Below are positions 36,685-47,228 of a DNA stretch of 64,000 bases, in pieces; positions within the stretch are counted from its first letter, which is position 1; each line of letters opens with the position of its first letter. Source of the DNA: an uncultured Alphaproteobacteria bacterium. Lineage in GTDB: Bacteria; Pseudomonadota; Alphaproteobacteria; UBA7985. The stretch spans positions 2,621-66,620 of the forward strand of contig CAJQLX010000006.1 in NCBI GenBank assembly GCA_905479265.1, given 5' to 3'. The notes under the pieces were generated by a model. The model had not been told where the DNA came from. It searched no databases and saw only the letters and a list, made by a program, of their open reading frames with translations. The position numbers were made by a program, and so were the translations under genes.

Positions 36685-37865
36685 GGGCGTTGGAGAGTGA
36701 CCGCCGTCCCCTCGCCGCCACCAATGCAGAGCGCAGCCACGCCGTGCTGCGCTTCTTCGGTTTCCATCGCATTTAAGAGCGTAACGATGATCCGCGCGCC
36801 AGAAGCTCCGATGGGGTGCCCAAGCGAGCAAGCGCCGCCACGGGTGTTCAGCCGGTCTTCGGGAATATCCAACGCGTGGGCGGCCGCCATGGGTACGACA
36901 GCAAAGGCCTCGTTGATTTCCCACAAATCAATATCGGAAATCGCCAAATTGGCACGGCTGAGCGCCTGATGGATGGCGCCAATTGGGGCTGTGGTGAACC
37001 AACCGGGGGCTTGCGCGTGAGTGCCGTAGCTGCGCAGTCGCGCGCGGATCGGGACACCTTTGGCAAGCGCTGTACTCTCCCGCATGAGCACCAGAGCGGC
37101 GGCGCCATCGGAGATCGAGGAAGCATTCGCCGCTGTGATGGTGCCGTCGGTTTTAAAGGCGGGTTTCAGGTGCGGGATCTTCTCTGGCCGTGCGCGTTCG
37201 GGTTGTTCATCGGCTGAAACCGTAACCTCGCCGGTTCGGGTCCGAAGGGTAATTGGCGCGATTTCCCCCGCAAAGCGACCGGTCGCCTGAGCGGCTTGCG
37301 CCCGAGACAGCGATTGGAGGGCGTAGTTGTCTTGTGCTGTGCGGGTGAGTTGATATTTCTCAGCGCAATCTTCGGCAAACGATCCCATCAAACGCCCTTC
37401 TTCATAGGCGTCTTGCAAGCCATCGAGGAACATATGGTCTTGGGCTTGGGTTTCCCCCATCCGGGCGCCAGAGCGCATTTTGGGCAGCAGATAAGGCGCG
37501 TTGCTCATGCTTTCCATACCGCCAGCAACGGCGACATCAGCGTTGCCAGAACGCAGTTGGTCCATGGCCAGCATGACGGCTTTCATGCCCGAGCCGCACA
37601 TTTTGTTCACCGTTGTCGCGGGAACGTTTTCCGAAAGCCCAGCTTGAAAACCGGCTTGACGCGCCGGGGCTTGGCCCTGTCCTGCTGGTAACACACAGCC
37701 CATGATCACTTCATCAACATCGGTTCGAGCAACCCCTGCCCGGTCCAGCGCGGCAGCAATCGCAACCCCGCCCAATTCGGCAGCTGTCAGGTCGGAAAAG
37801 ACGCCTTGGAAGCTACCAATGGGAGTTCTGGCACCGCCGACAATGACAATTGGGTCGTCGATCAT
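36681..37865 (-). CDS. Acetyl-CoA C-acetyltransferase (thiolase II)
   Basis: 394 aa; IVGGARTPIGSF N-terminus, active-site Cys (NKMCGSG), C-terminal GGGEG / CIGGG thiolase signatures. Confidence 0.9.
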   Translation of the reverse strand: MIDDPIVIVGGARTPIGSFQGVFSDLTAAELGGVAIAAALDRAGVARTDVDEVIMGCVLPAGQGQAPARQAGFQAGLSENVPATTVNKMCGSGMKAVMLAMDQLRSGNADVAVAGGMESMSNAPYLLPKMRSGARMGETQAQDHMFLDGLQDAYEEGRLMGSFAEDCAEKYQLTRTAQDNYALQSLSRAQAAQATGRFAGEIAPITLRTRTGEVTVSADEQPERARPEKIPHLKPAFKTDGTITAANASSISDGAAALVLMRESTALAKGVPIRARLRSYGTHAQAPGWFTTAPIGAIHQALSRANLAISDIDLWEINEAFAVVPMAAAHALDIPEDRLNTRGGACSLGHPIGASGARIIVTLLNAMETEEAQHGVAALCIGGGEGTAVTLQRP

Positions 37866-37886
37866 GACTTTGGATCCTGCATGCGT

Positions 37887-39071
37887 TTAAGCGGCCAAGC
37901 GCTGGGCCTCTTCTGCGATAATTTCAGCAATATCGGCGCAATCTTCAACACTGAAGGTCAGCGGCACGCGGAGGTCTATCGTGGTTGAGAGCGTTCGAAG
38001 GGTCTGGGGTAAAGGGTCAACATCACCGAAATACTGCCAGCTGTCGTAACGGCTGGTAAAGGCCACCGGCTCTGCGCCACCGAACCACTTCAGCTCAACA
38101 CCCCGCTGACCACAGGACGCAGTCAGGGCCGGAATGTCCGTTACATGGGCGTGAAACTGGAAAGACGATCCAACATAGGCTTCGTGCTGTGGGCGTTCAA
38201 TGATCTCCACCCCTGGCGCATGCCGAAGACCGTTTTCCAAGGCCTGATAGCGATGGTTCCAACGCGCACAGTTCTGGTCGAGTTGACCCAATTGCGCGCG
38301 CAGGATCGTGGCACGCAGGTTGTCCAGACGCGCGGAGCAATTCGGGGTATCCAGCCGGATCCGGCGGAACACGTCCTCGCTGGGCGCGGCAACGTGGCGT
38401 TCATAGAGCATGTAGGAGCCAGAGAGGATCACGGCGCGTGCCGCCAATTCCTCGTCATCGGTGGTCAGAAAACCGCCCTCACCTGAGTTCATGTGCTTGT
38501 AGGTCTGCGTGGAGAAGCAAGCGACCTTGCCGAAATTGCCAGAACGCCGGCCTTGCCACTTCGCGCCCATTGTGTGGGCACAATCCTCGATCAGGGTGAT
38601 GTCAAACGCCTCACAGATCGCAACGATCGCATCCATGTCAGCGATGTGTCCGCGCATGTGCGAGAGCATAAAGAACTTCGCCCCGCTGGTTTCAGCCTTG
38701 GCGCGCAAGTCGCTGATGTCTGTCAGCCAGTCGTGACCAATCTCAACAAACACGGGAACGCCGCCGCACGCATGGATCGCACCGGGTACGGGGGCAAGCG
38801 TGTAGGCGTTGGCGAGGATCTTATCGCCGGGCTTTAAGCCCGCAGCACGCAGGGCAATCTGCATCGCCTGACCGCCAGAGGTAACCGCCAAGCAATACTT
38901 GGCTTCCTGATAGGCCGCGTATTCCTGTTCCAGCAAACTTGTTTCCGCAAGTTCACCCGGTCCGGTATTGTACCGATGAATGCGACCGCTTTGCAGGATG
39001 GCGACAGCGCCCTCGATGCCCTGAGCAGGGATGGCTTCCTGCTGGGTAAATGATTTTTCGAACTGTTTCAT
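37887..39071 (-). CDS. DegT/DnrJ/EryC1/StrS-family PLP-dependent aminotransferase
   Basis: Family blocks (AVTSGGQA, PVFVEI, IEDCAHTMGA, PLP-Lys context FSTQTYKHMNSGEGG). Start chosen at MKQFEKS (39071); the longer ORF-track start at 39236 lacks support. Confidence 0.7.
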   Translation of the reverse strand: MKQFEKSFTQQEAIPAQGIEGAVAILQSGRIHRYNTGPGELAETSLLEQEYAAYQEAKYCLAVTSGGQAMQIALRAAGLKPGDKILANAYTLAPVPGAIHACGGVPVFVEIGHDWLTDISDLRAKAETSGAKFFMLSHMRGHIADMDAIVAICEAFDITLIEDCAHTMGAKWQGRRSGNFGKVACFSTQTYKHMNSGEGGFLTTDDEELAARAVILSGSYMLYERHVAAPSEDVFRRIRLDTPNCSARLDNLRATILRAQLGQLDQNCARWNHRYQALENGLRHAPGVEIIERPQHEAYVGSSFQFHAHVTDIPALTASCGQRGVELKWFGGAEPVAFTSRYDSWQYFGDVDPLPQTLRTLSTTIDLRVPLTFSVEDCADIAEIIAEEAQRLAA

Positions 39072-39228
39072 AGGCGTAACTTTAAGCGCTAATGGACCGC
39101 TTTGGGAGTCCTTGAAGCGGCACAGTTTGGCGATGGATGGTCGCAAGCTGACTTGCTCGTGCGGCGATGATTGCGGATAAGCACGGTAAGCCGGTGTCAG
39201 ATCCAGCCCGCAACGGGAAGAGTAACAG

Positions 39229-40212
39229 ATGTCCACGTCCTATCGTATCGATGGCCTACAGTACGCCAATTGGTCGCCGAAGATCTTTGAAGAGATGGCG
39301 CAAGGGGGGGTGCATGCGGTTCACGTAACAATCGCCTACCACGAAACTTTCCGCGAAATGGTCTTGCAGGTCGAAGCATGGAACCGGTGGTTTGAGCGGT
39401 TTCCTGATCGGATCATGATGGGCCGCACGGCGGCGGATATTGATACGGCCAAGGCAACGGGCCGGACAGCGATCTTTTTTGGCTTCCAGAACCCCTCTCC
39501 GATCGAAGACGACATTGGCCTGATTGAGATTTGCTACACTCTTGGCGCACGCTTCATGCAGCTAAGCTACAACAACCAATCATTCCTCGCGACCGGTTGC
39601 TATGAGTCTGAAGACCCCGGCATCACCCGCTTTGGTAAGCAAGCCATTGCTGAAATGAACCGCGTGGGATTAGTTATCGACATGAGCCATTCTGCGGAGC
39701 GCTCGACGTTGGAAGCCATCGATATTTCCAGCCGTCCCATCGCCATCACACACGCCAATCCGCACTGGTGGCACGCAGCACTGCGCAACAAGTCGGACGA
39801 GGTTCTGCGCGCGCTGACGGCGCGAGGCGGTATGCTCGGGTTCTCCGTCTATCCGCATCACCTCAAAGACGGCACACAGTGCACGCGCGAGAGCTTCTGT
39901 GCGATGGTTGCTGAATGCGCGGAGCGCTATGGGGCGGAAAACATCGGGATCGGGACGGACCTGTGTCAGGATCAACCGGACTCCGTGGTAGAGTGGATGC
40001 GGGTCGGCCGCTGGTCGAAGCAAATGGACTACGGCGAAGGTTCCGCCGACAACCCCGGCTTCCCACCCATGCCCCAATGGTTCCGCGATAACCGCGACTT
40101 TGACAGCATCGAAGAAGGCTTGCGCGGCGTCGGGATGAGCGAGGCTGAGGTCGCTGGTGTGATGGGCGGCAATTGGTATCGGTTCTTCGAACAAAATTTT
40201 GTGGCATTATAA
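39229..40212 (+). CDS. Membrane dipeptidase (peptidase M19 / renal dipeptidase family)
   Basis: 327 aa; M19 pattern (DGLQYANWS, GVHAVH, DMSHSAERST, ITHANPH, GIGTDL). Confidence 0.8.
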   Translation: MSTSYRIDGLQYANWSPKIFEEMAQGGVHAVHVTIAYHETFREMVLQVEAWNRWFERFPDRIMMGRTAADIDTAKATGRTAIFFGFQNPSPIEDDIGLIEICYTLGARFMQLSYNNQSFLATGCYESEDPGITRFGKQAIAEMNRVGLVIDMSHSAERSTLEAIDISSRPIAITHANPHWWHAALRNKSDEVLRALTARGGMLGFSVYPHHLKDGTQCTRESFCAMVAECAERYGAENIGIGTDLCQDQPDSVVEWMRVGRWSKQMDYGEGSADNPGFPPMPQWFRDNRDFDSIEEGLRGVGMSEAEVAGVMGGNWYRFFEQNFVAL

Positions 40213-40216
40213 CACG

Positions 40217-41899
40217 ATGAGCTCGATTTCTTTCAGCGATGGCCGGTTACAGCTGCGGTCCCCTGATACGGTCATGCGCCTCGAACGCCTTGGTTCGGCC
40301 TTTCCCACGCGCCTTAGTTTTGGTCGATCAATGGTCCGAAACTTGATCGCCGATGGTGTCGAAGTGCGGCGAACGCGCTGGACCATGAACGATCAAGGTT
40401 TTGGCCGAGCGACCTATACGTTGGACTTGGGCGGGCACACGTATTCACTGATCGCGTTCTCCAATGCGCTCAACGATGCGGACCGCTCTGACCGTGTGAT
40501 CGCCGAAGCGTGGGATGCGAGCTTTGCGCTGTTTGACGGTATTCCAGAGGACAGCGACCTCGATCGTTTAGAGACCAATTTGCCCAAGCAAGAAGCCGGA
40601 CGGTACTCGGAAAAGGAACTGGTCATAAGCCGGTCCAATAAGTCTGTCCGCTTGTTCAGTCACGTTGCCAGCGCACTGGCCCAAGGCAAGCAGCCTGATG
40701 TCGATATGGTGGACTCGATTGGCTACCTCATGCGCACGACTGCGGTTTACGGCAACGGCAAATTTGGCATCGCGGATCGGTTCGTGTTCTCAGGCCGTCC
40801 GGGTTTGAGCGGTCCTTTCGCAGCAGAAATGCTCACTGTTTGGCTCATCCGTCACTTCACGCACGATTTGGTTGAGCACGTGGCCCGCGCCTTGGGCGGG
40901 GAAAGGGCGGTCCCCTTAGACAGTGCCATCAAGCGACACTTGGGCATTGGGAACTCGACTGGCTTGGGGATGGCGCCCTTCCTGATCCATCACCCCGAAC
41001 TGATCCACAATTGGCTCAGTGCGCGCGAGACGGCGATTGCCAAGGTGCGAGCGATTGAGAGCTTGAGCGACACACAGCAATCGCGGCTATTGGAGCTGCT
41101 GGAGCGCGCCAAAACGCATGTTTCGCAGTGGTTCGTTCCTGATGAGATTCAAACCGCGCGGCTCGATGTGCTCAGGGATGAGTTGGCCGATATGCCGGCC
41201 CCTGACTTGTCGGTTGATTATCCGCTCCAGCGGCTGATTGACTGGAGCCTGTCCCAGTCCGTTGAGTGTCAGGAGCTGATCGCTGCCCTCTGCCTCGAAC
41301 CGTTCGGCGAGATGATCGACGCGCTGACTGAAGCCATGGCCTTTAACGCGCCCAAAGCGTTTGATGCCTCACAGACCGTGTCACAAACCCGGACCATAAT
41401 CGGCCAGCACTATCAATGGTGCGAGACCTTTGACTTAGAACAGCACGAGAGCCAGCAAAAGTTCTGGTACGTCTCTGAAGCCAAGCTCGAACCGCGCTTG
41501 GGCGATCGCTACGCAGAAGACGGCGCCGACAAGGAACAACCGCTGGATATTGCGCGGCAGGTTCAGGGCATGGTGTCCACGTTGACAGATTATGCAGACG
41601 ACACGCCGCTCGCCGACGTGCTGGCTCAGCACCCCGAGCATCGAAACATCGCCAAGCGTATCCAAGCCGCCGCTGATCGACCGTTCGCCGAAGTTCGCGA
41701 TAATTTGATCGACCAATCCATGCGCCCAATCGACCTTCTGCGCTGTAAATTGGCGTTTTTTGGTGCTGTGAAGTTTGATCCCAAGTCTGATCTCTGGACC
41801 CGCATTACTTTGTTCCAAGGCGCACCGCTGGCCGGTGAGTTGCAGACCTTGGGCGACGACTGGTGGCTCGCAACAAAGCCAGCGCAAACGCCCCTATGA
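40217..41899 (+). CDS. Hypothetical protein, about 560 aa, no recognised domain
   Basis: Long ORF with genome-typical codon usage, beginning 5 nt after the dipeptidase stop (alternative TTG at 40199 overlaps it) and ending in an ATGA overlap with the next ORF; soluble, no TM segments. Confidence 0.6.
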   Translation: MSSISFSDGRLQLRSPDTVMRLERLGSAFPTRLSFGRSMVRNLIADGVEVRRTRWTMNDQGFGRATYTLDLGGHTYSLIAFSNALNDADRSDRVIAEAWDASFALFDGIPEDSDLDRLETNLPKQEAGRYSEKELVISRSNKSVRLFSHVASALAQGKQPDVDMVDSIGYLMRTTAVYGNGKFGIADRFVFSGRPGLSGPFAAEMLTVWLIRHFTHDLVEHVARALGGERAVPLDSAIKRHLGIGNSTGLGMAPFLIHHPELIHNWLSARETAIAKVRAIESLSDTQQSRLLELLERAKTHVSQWFVPDEIQTARLDVLRDELADMPAPDLSVDYPLQRLIDWSLSQSVECQELIAALCLEPFGEMIDALTEAMAFNAPKAFDASQTVSQTRTIIGQHYQWCETFDLEQHESQQKFWYVSEAKLEPRLGDRYAEDGADKEQPLDIARQVQGMVSTLTDYADDTPLADVLAQHPEHRNIAKRIQAAADRPFAEVRDNLIDQSMRPIDLLRCKLAFFGAVKFDPKSDLWTRITLFQGAPLAGELQTLGDDWWLATKPAQTPL

Positions 41900-42309
41900 A
41901 TTACTCCCTGAACGAAGTCCACATGACGTTGCGCAAGGCGTTGTGCGGGCGGGGATTGGCTTTTGGGGCAGCGGATGATTTTGGCGCTGTTGGCGCGCGC
42001 TTGAGCTCTGGTGCTGCTTGTGACGGGATCGCCGCTGTTCTCGCCTTCGATAACAGCGCATTGATCGCCCTGCTCCACCGTGTTGAAACCACGATGGCCG
42101 GCGGATCTTCACACACCGCACTTGCCGCTGGAATAGAGCAAACGCTCGCAGCCCAATTGCAGGGACATCCCTTCCCTCGCGACCGCGCGTGCGCCATAAG
42201 CGCCGAGAGTTGGCAGCAGGCTCTAGTCCTGAGCCACCTTACCTACGTTCCGGAAACCGAAGCATCGCGTTTGGGCGGTGCCGGTGCTGGGACCAACGAC
42301 AACGACTAA
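41896..42309 (+). CDS. Hypothetical small protein (137 aa), translationally coupled
   Basis: ATG overlaps the upstream stop (ATGA); Ala/Gly-rich, no recognised motif. Confidence 0.4.
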   Translation: MNYSLNEVHMTLRKALCGRGLAFGAADDFGAVGARLSSGAACDGIAAVLAFDNSALIALLHRVETTMAGGSSHTALAAGIEQTLAAQLQGHPFPRDRACAISAESWQQALVLSHLTYVPETEASRLGGAGAGTNDND

Positions 42310-42331
42310 CGCAAACAGAAAGTCTCCCTTG

Positions 42332-43333
42332 ATGGAAATGACAATGACGCTTGAGCAGGTTTACGACTTGGCTCTGAATACGCTAAAGGATGCCGGGGCT
42401 AGCGAGAGCAATGCGGCTTCCGTTGCCAAATCCACCTGGCGCGCTGAACGCGACGGGATCCGTTCGCATGGGTTGATGTACGTGCCGATCTACGCCGAGC
42501 ACGTGCGCTGCGGTAAAGTCATTGGCGATGCGGTGCCAGTGGTCAGCCAGCCTCGGCCCGGCGCTGTTTCCGTCGATGCCAAGCACGGCTTTGCGCATCC
42601 GGCCATTGATGCAGGTTGGGACGCCTTTACGCAGGCCGCGCGCGACAATGGCGTTGCTGTGCTCACCCTGCACAACTCTTACAATTGCGGCATTCTCGGC
42701 CACCATGCAGAACGCTTAGCCGAAGACGGGCTGTTGGGCCTGTGTTTCACCCACGCACCGGCTTCGGTCGCGCCCGTTGGGGGTAAAAAGCCCGTTGTTG
42801 GCACCAATCCGTTTGCGCTGGGCGTTCCAGATGGCAAGGGCGGCGCGTCGATGGTGATCGATCAGTCGATCTCTGTCGTGGCGAAGTCGGAGATTGTGCT
42901 GCGGAACAAAAACGGCGAAGCCATCGAAGAAGGTTGGGCATTCGGTCCTGACGGCGAGCCAACCACCGACGCTGCTGTAGCGCTCAAAGGCACAATGGCG
43001 CCCAGTGGCGGCTACAAAGGTGTTGGCATGGGCCTCACCGTTGAGCTGCTCGCCTCGTGTTTGGCCGGGGCTGTCTTGTCGACTCAGGCATCACCGTTCG
43101 CAGGAACCGCCGGCGGTCCACCATCCACGGGCCAATGCTTTATCGCTTTTGACCCGGCGGGTTTCTCTGGCGATGCGTTCTTTGCTCAAGTCGAGACCCT
43201 GCTGACGACGATCCGCGATCAAGACGGTGCGCGTGTTCCCGGTGATCGGCGCAAAAACAACCGCGCCAGCACGGAATCAGCGGGTGTGAAGGTCAACGAA
43301 GCACAGCAGCGGGCGCTGGGTTTGATCGAATAA
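42332..43333 (+). CDS. Ldh_2 family oxidoreductase (malate/L-lactate/sulfolactate dehydrogenase, delta1-piperideine/pyrroline-2-carboxylate reductase family)
   Basis: Start at MEMTMTLEQ; family-typical His pair region (SHGLMYVP...H) and GTNPFA, GGYKG motifs. Confidence 0.8.
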   Translation: MEMTMTLEQVYDLALNTLKDAGASESNAASVAKSTWRAERDGIRSHGLMYVPIYAEHVRCGKVIGDAVPVVSQPRPGAVSVDAKHGFAHPAIDAGWDAFTQAARDNGVAVLTLHNSYNCGILGHHAERLAEDGLLGLCFTHAPASVAPVGGKKPVVGTNPFALGVPDGKGGASMVIDQSISVVAKSEIVLRNKNGEAIEEGWAFGPDGEPTTDAAVALKGTMAPSGGYKGVGMGLTVELLASCLAGAVLSTQASPFAGTAGGPPSTGQCFIAFDPAGFSGDAFFAQVETLLTTIRDQDGARVPGDRRKNNRASTESAGVKVNEAQQRALGLIE

Positions 43334-43336
43334 CGA

Positions 43337-44641
43337 TTAAACCTCATCCCTGTAGCTCTGCAGCTCGAACGGTGTCACTTTTTCAGCAAAAGTACCGATC
43401 TCCTGCCGCTTAGCAGCAACCACGGCGCGGCGGAAAGCTGCGCCAAAGGTCTGTTCAATGAAGTCGCTGTGTTCGAAACGAGCCAGCGCTTCTTCCCATG
43501 ATGACGGCAAGCGCGGTAAATCTTGATCGTAGCTGCTGCCTGTAAAAGCGGCCGGCGGTGTCGCTCCAGCTTCGATGCCCTCCAACGCGGCGGCCAAAAC
43601 GGATGCAATCACCAGATAGGGATTGGCGTCGGCGCCAGAGACACGATGCTCAAACCGTCTTGCCGCGCCCGGCCCTGCTGGGATCCGCACAGCAGCGGTG
43701 CGGTTGTCCATTCCCCACGACGCGGTGGTGGGCGCGTGTGTCCCCTCGCGCAGGCGTCGAAAGCTATTCAGATGCGGCGCAAAAAACAGTGTGCTGTCTG
43801 ACATTACCCGGAGCAATCCAGCGACCGCAGACGCTAATGCGGGTGAGCCCAAATCCGTGCCGTTGTCGAAAATGTTGGTGCCGCTTTGATCCAGCATGGA
43901 TGTGTGCAGATGGAATCCGTTGCCAGCGTCCTCACCATAGGGCTTGGCCATAAACGTCGCGCCCAGCCCATGTTTCCGCGCCACGCCGCGTACGATAAAC
44001 TTGAAAAGTGCCGCGTCATCGGCCGCTTTTACGGCATCATCAGTATGCAGCAAATTAACCTCGAACTGCCCCATCCCACTCTCTGAGATCGCAGCATCAG
44101 CAGGAACGTCCCACGCCTCACAAGCGGTGTATATATCGTCCGTAAAGGCCTTGAATGCCTCCAATAGGTCGATGGAGTAAAGCGACCCTGCGGTCATTCG
44201 CTTGGCCGTGCCGGGGATGAGCGGGGGCTGCATGCCGTTTGAGGCAAGATCGTAGAGATAGAATTCCAACTCCGTCGCGCACACAGCCGTTAAACCAGCA
44301 CCGCGCAGGCGAGAAACAACGGCTTCGAGCTGCGCGCGCGGGTCGATCGGGCTGATCTCACCCTCATGCAGGTACATCTGGCAGGGCAAAAGCGAGACGT
44401 CATCCTCCGCCCAAGTTAGTTGCAGAGGCCCGCGTCCGGTCGGCTTTAGCGTGCCGTCGCGATCGCCAGTTTCCAGCACCAAACCACTGTCCAACGCATC
44501 GCGGCCAAAGACGTCGACGTGCAGCGTCGATGCGGGCAGTTTCATTGCGCCTTTGAACACTTTGTCTGCTGATTGCGCAGGCAGCCGCTTGCCGCGAAAG
44601 ATGCCGTTTATGTCTGTCACAACTGGGTAAAGCGCTGTCAC
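43337..44641 (-). CDS. Glutamine synthetase family protein (GlnA-like gamma-glutamyl ligase)
   Basis: 434 aa; the GS catalytic-domain pattern (TELEFYL, NGFHLH, AF.AP..NSFRRL) is present, but the protein lacks the classical N-terminal beta-grasp length. Confidence 0.8.
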   Translation of the reverse strand: MTALYPVVTDINGIFRGKRLPAQSADKVFKGAMKLPASTLHVDVFGRDALDSGLVLETGDRDGTLKPTGRGPLQLTWAEDDVSLLPCQMYLHEGEISPIDPRAQLEAVVSRLRGAGLTAVCATELEFYLYDLASNGMQPPLIPGTAKRMTAGSLYSIDLLEAFKAFTDDIYTACEAWDVPADAAISESGMGQFEVNLLHTDDAVKAADDAALFKFIVRGVARKHGLGATFMAKPYGEDAGNGFHLHTSMLDQSGTNIFDNGTDLGSPALASAVAGLLRVMSDSTLFFAPHLNSFRRLREGTHAPTTASWGMDNRTAAVRIPAGPGAARRFEHRVSGADANPYLVIASVLAAALEGIEAGATPPAAFTGSSYDQDLPRLPSSWEEALARFEHSDFIEQTFGAAFRRAVVAAKRQEIGTFAEKVTPFELQSYRDEV

Positions 44642-44834
44642 GTGAGCCTCATGCTTGTGGTTTCAGCCCGACGCTAGGGCCGAAGTTCGCTTCCTGCAAG
44701 GCTCCTGACCAAGCTAAGCGGTTGAGGCATATTACGCGGCTGACATACAAGGACTAAGCAATGCCGCCCTTTCGCCCTCCCCAGCTTGGCGAACGCGCCT
44801 TCTCGGGTGGCTTAGAACACAGGAAACACCGTCT

Positions 44835-46322
44835 ATGTCTTCTCTGGCCGCCTATCGCGAGCAATGGACCGGTAACGTGCGTCGAGACTTGCTCTCCGGT
44901 CTCGTTGTCGCCCTCGCCCTTATCCCAGAAGCGATCGCTTTTTCCATCATCGCCGGCGTTGACCCCAAGGTCGGGTTGTACGCGTCGTTTTCCATCGCAG
45001 TGATAACCGCGATTGTTGGTGGTCGTCCGGGTATGATTTCGGCGGCTACAGCGGCCACGGCTGTCCTCATGGTGACACTGGTTAAGGAACACGGCCTGCA
45101 ATATCTGTTGGCGGCGACGGTGCTCGCCGGACTGCTGCAGATCGGCGCCGGTTTCCTGCGTTTGGGCTATTTGATGCGCTTTGTCTCGCGGTCCGTGATG
45201 ACCGGCTTCGTGAACGCGCTGGCGATCCTGATTTTCCTCGCGCAGTTGCCAGAGCTGATTAACGTATCGTGGATCACCTACCCGTTTGTTGCTGGTGGTT
45301 TGGCGATCATCTACATCCTGCCTCGCTTCACCAAAGCCATTCCCTCTCCGTTGGTGTGTATTATCGTTCTCACGGCGATTGTCATGGTCTTCAACATCGA
45401 TGGTTTGCGCAACGTCGGCGATATGGGCGATTTACCCGATACCCTGCCGATTTTTCTGCTGCCTCAGATTCCGCTGAACCTCGAAACACTGATGATCATT
45501 CTTCCCGTCTCCGCAGCGGTCGCCGCGGTTGGCTTGCTGGAAAGCCTGATGACCCAGTCGCTGGTTGATGACCTAACGGACACCCCATCGAACAAGAATC
45601 AGGAATGTATCGGTCAGGGCATTGCGAACACTGCAACCGGCTTTATCGGCGGTATGGCGGGTTGCGCCATGATCGGCCAGTCGATGATTAACGTTAAATC
45701 CGGTGGACGTGGCCGCCTGTCCTGCTTTGCTGCGGGCGTGCTGCTGTTGTTTATGATTGTGGTCTTGGGCGATTGGGTGAAGCAAATCCCGATGGCAGCA
45801 CTTGTCGCGATTATGATCATGGTCTCGATTGGCACGTTCAGCTGGTCATCGATCCGAAGCCTCGCTGAACATCCTTGGCCCTCAAGCGTCGTCATGGTTG
45901 CAACCGTTGTGACGGTTGTTCTCAGCCACAACCTCGCCATTGGTGTCCTTGTGGGCGTCTTGCTTTCTGGGATTTTCTTCGCTTGGAAAATGGCGCAGAT
46001 TTTCCGCGTGACCTCCACGCTGACCGAAGACGGCAAGCACCGAACCTATGTCGTCGAAGGGCAGTTGTTCTTTGCCTCGGTTGAGCAATTCTACTCCTCC
46101 TTCGATTTCCGAGAAGCGCTGGAAAAGGTGACAATTGACGTTTCGCGCGCGCACATCTGGGATTTGTCATCGGTTCACGCCTTGGACATGACGCAGCTAA
46201 AATTCCGCCGGGATGGTGCAGAAGTGGAAGTTCTGGGCTTAAATGAAGCCAGTGAAACAATCGTGCTGAAACTGGGACAGGCGGACAAGCCCGGCGCGCT
46301 TGAAAAGATGCTGGAGCACTAA
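44835..46322 (+). CDS. SulP-family inorganic anion transporter with C-terminal STAS domain
   Basis: 495 aa; SulP N-terminal motif ([27 protein letters not shown]), about 11 TM helices, STAS C-terminus. Confidence 0.9.
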   Translation: MSSLAAYREQWTGNVRRDLLSGLVVALALIPEAIAFSIIAGVDPKVGLYASFSIAVITAIVGGRPGMISAATAATAVLMVTLVKEHGLQYLLAATVLAGLLQIGAGFLRLGYLMRFVSRSVMTGFVNALAILIFLAQLPELINVSWITYPFVAGGLAIIYILPRFTKAIPSPLVCIIVLTAIVMVFNIDGLRNVGDMGDLPDTLPIFLLPQIPLNLETLMIILPVSAAVAAVGLLESLMTQSLVDDLTDTPSNKNQECIGQGIANTATGFIGGMAGCAMIGQSMINVKSGGRGRLSCFAAGVLLLFMIVVLGDWVKQIPMAALVAIMIMVSIGTFSWSSIRSLAEHPWPSSVVMVATVVTVVLSHNLAIGVLVGVLLSGIFFAWKMAQIFRVTSTLTEDGKHRTYVVEGQLFFASVEQFYSSFDFREALEKVTIDVSRAHIWDLSSVHALDMTQLKFRRDGAEVEVLGLNEASETIVLKLGQADKPGALEKMLEH

Positions 46323-46325
46323 CCC

Positions 46326-47180
46326 ATGTCAGACCAAAAAATCATTACGCTCATCGATGGTTCCGTGTACGCGGAGAGCGTCTGTGATCACGCGAGTTGG
46401 ATCGCTCAAGCAAGCGGCGCGAGCATCGAGCTGTTGCATGTCATTGGTCGTCGTCAAGCTGCTCGGCAAGACGTTTCCGGCACCATCGCACTGGGCGCTC
46501 GCACGTCGATGCTGGAAGAACTCACCCGCGTCGAGGGCGATATGGCCCGCATCGCGCAGCAGCATGGCCGCGCGTTGCTCGATGGAGCCGCAGAACGGAT
46601 TGCGGCGGCTGGTTCAGCACGACCTGAAACGCGCCTGCGGATTGGTGATTTGATCGACGAAACCAACGAAGCGCTCACAGACGCCTCAATGTTGGTGATC
46701 GGAAAGCGCGGTGAGGCCGCTGACTTCGCCCGCATGCACTTAGGCTCCAATCTCGAACGCATGGTCCGTTCCAGCCTCAAACCTATTTTCGTGGCCTCAC
46801 GAACCTTCAAGCCGATCCGGCGTGTGCTCATCGCCTATGATGGCCACACACCCTCGCGCAAAGCCGTGGAAGCCGTGGGCACAAATCCTCTGTTCAAAGG
46901 AATGGAGGTCAAGCTTTTGATGGTTGGTGAGAGTACGGCTGCGGCCCAATCGGCACTCGATGAACCCAAAGGCCTGCTCGAGAATGCCGGTTTGTCTGTA
47001 ACCGCTGAGTTGGTAACGGGTGAACCTGTCGATGTGATCAGCGCGCGCGCAAGCAGCGAACAATTCGACATGTTGGTCATGGGCGCGTATGGCGGTGGAC
47101 GCCTGCGCTCGATGTTTATCGGCTCGACCACAACCGAAATGCTGATTTCGTGTCGCGTGCCCGTCTTGCTCTTCCGCTAA
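46326..47180 (+). CDS. Universal stress protein, tandem UspA domains
   Basis: 284 aa; two Usp repeats, each with a C-terminal G..G......GS motif (GKRGEAADFARMHLGSNLERMV; GAYGGGRLRSMFIGSTTTEM). Begins 4 bp after the SulP gene. Confidence 0.85.
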   Translation: MSDQKIITLIDGSVYAESVCDHASWIAQASGASIELLHVIGRRQAARQDVSGTIALGARTSMLEELTRVEGDMARIAQQHGRALLDGAAERIAAAGSARPETRLRIGDLIDETNEALTDASMLVIGKRGEAADFARMHLGSNLERMVRSSLKPIFVASRTFKPIRRVLIAYDGHTPSRKAVEAVGTNPLFKGMEVKLLMVGESTAAAQSALDEPKGLLENAGLSVTAELVTGEPVDVISARASSEQFDMLVMGAYGGGRLRSMFIGSTTTEMLISCRVPVLLFR

Positions 47181-47228
47181 AACGGCGGTTTCAATAAAGT
47201 CTTTGGCGACGTGAGAAGGAGACTGACA

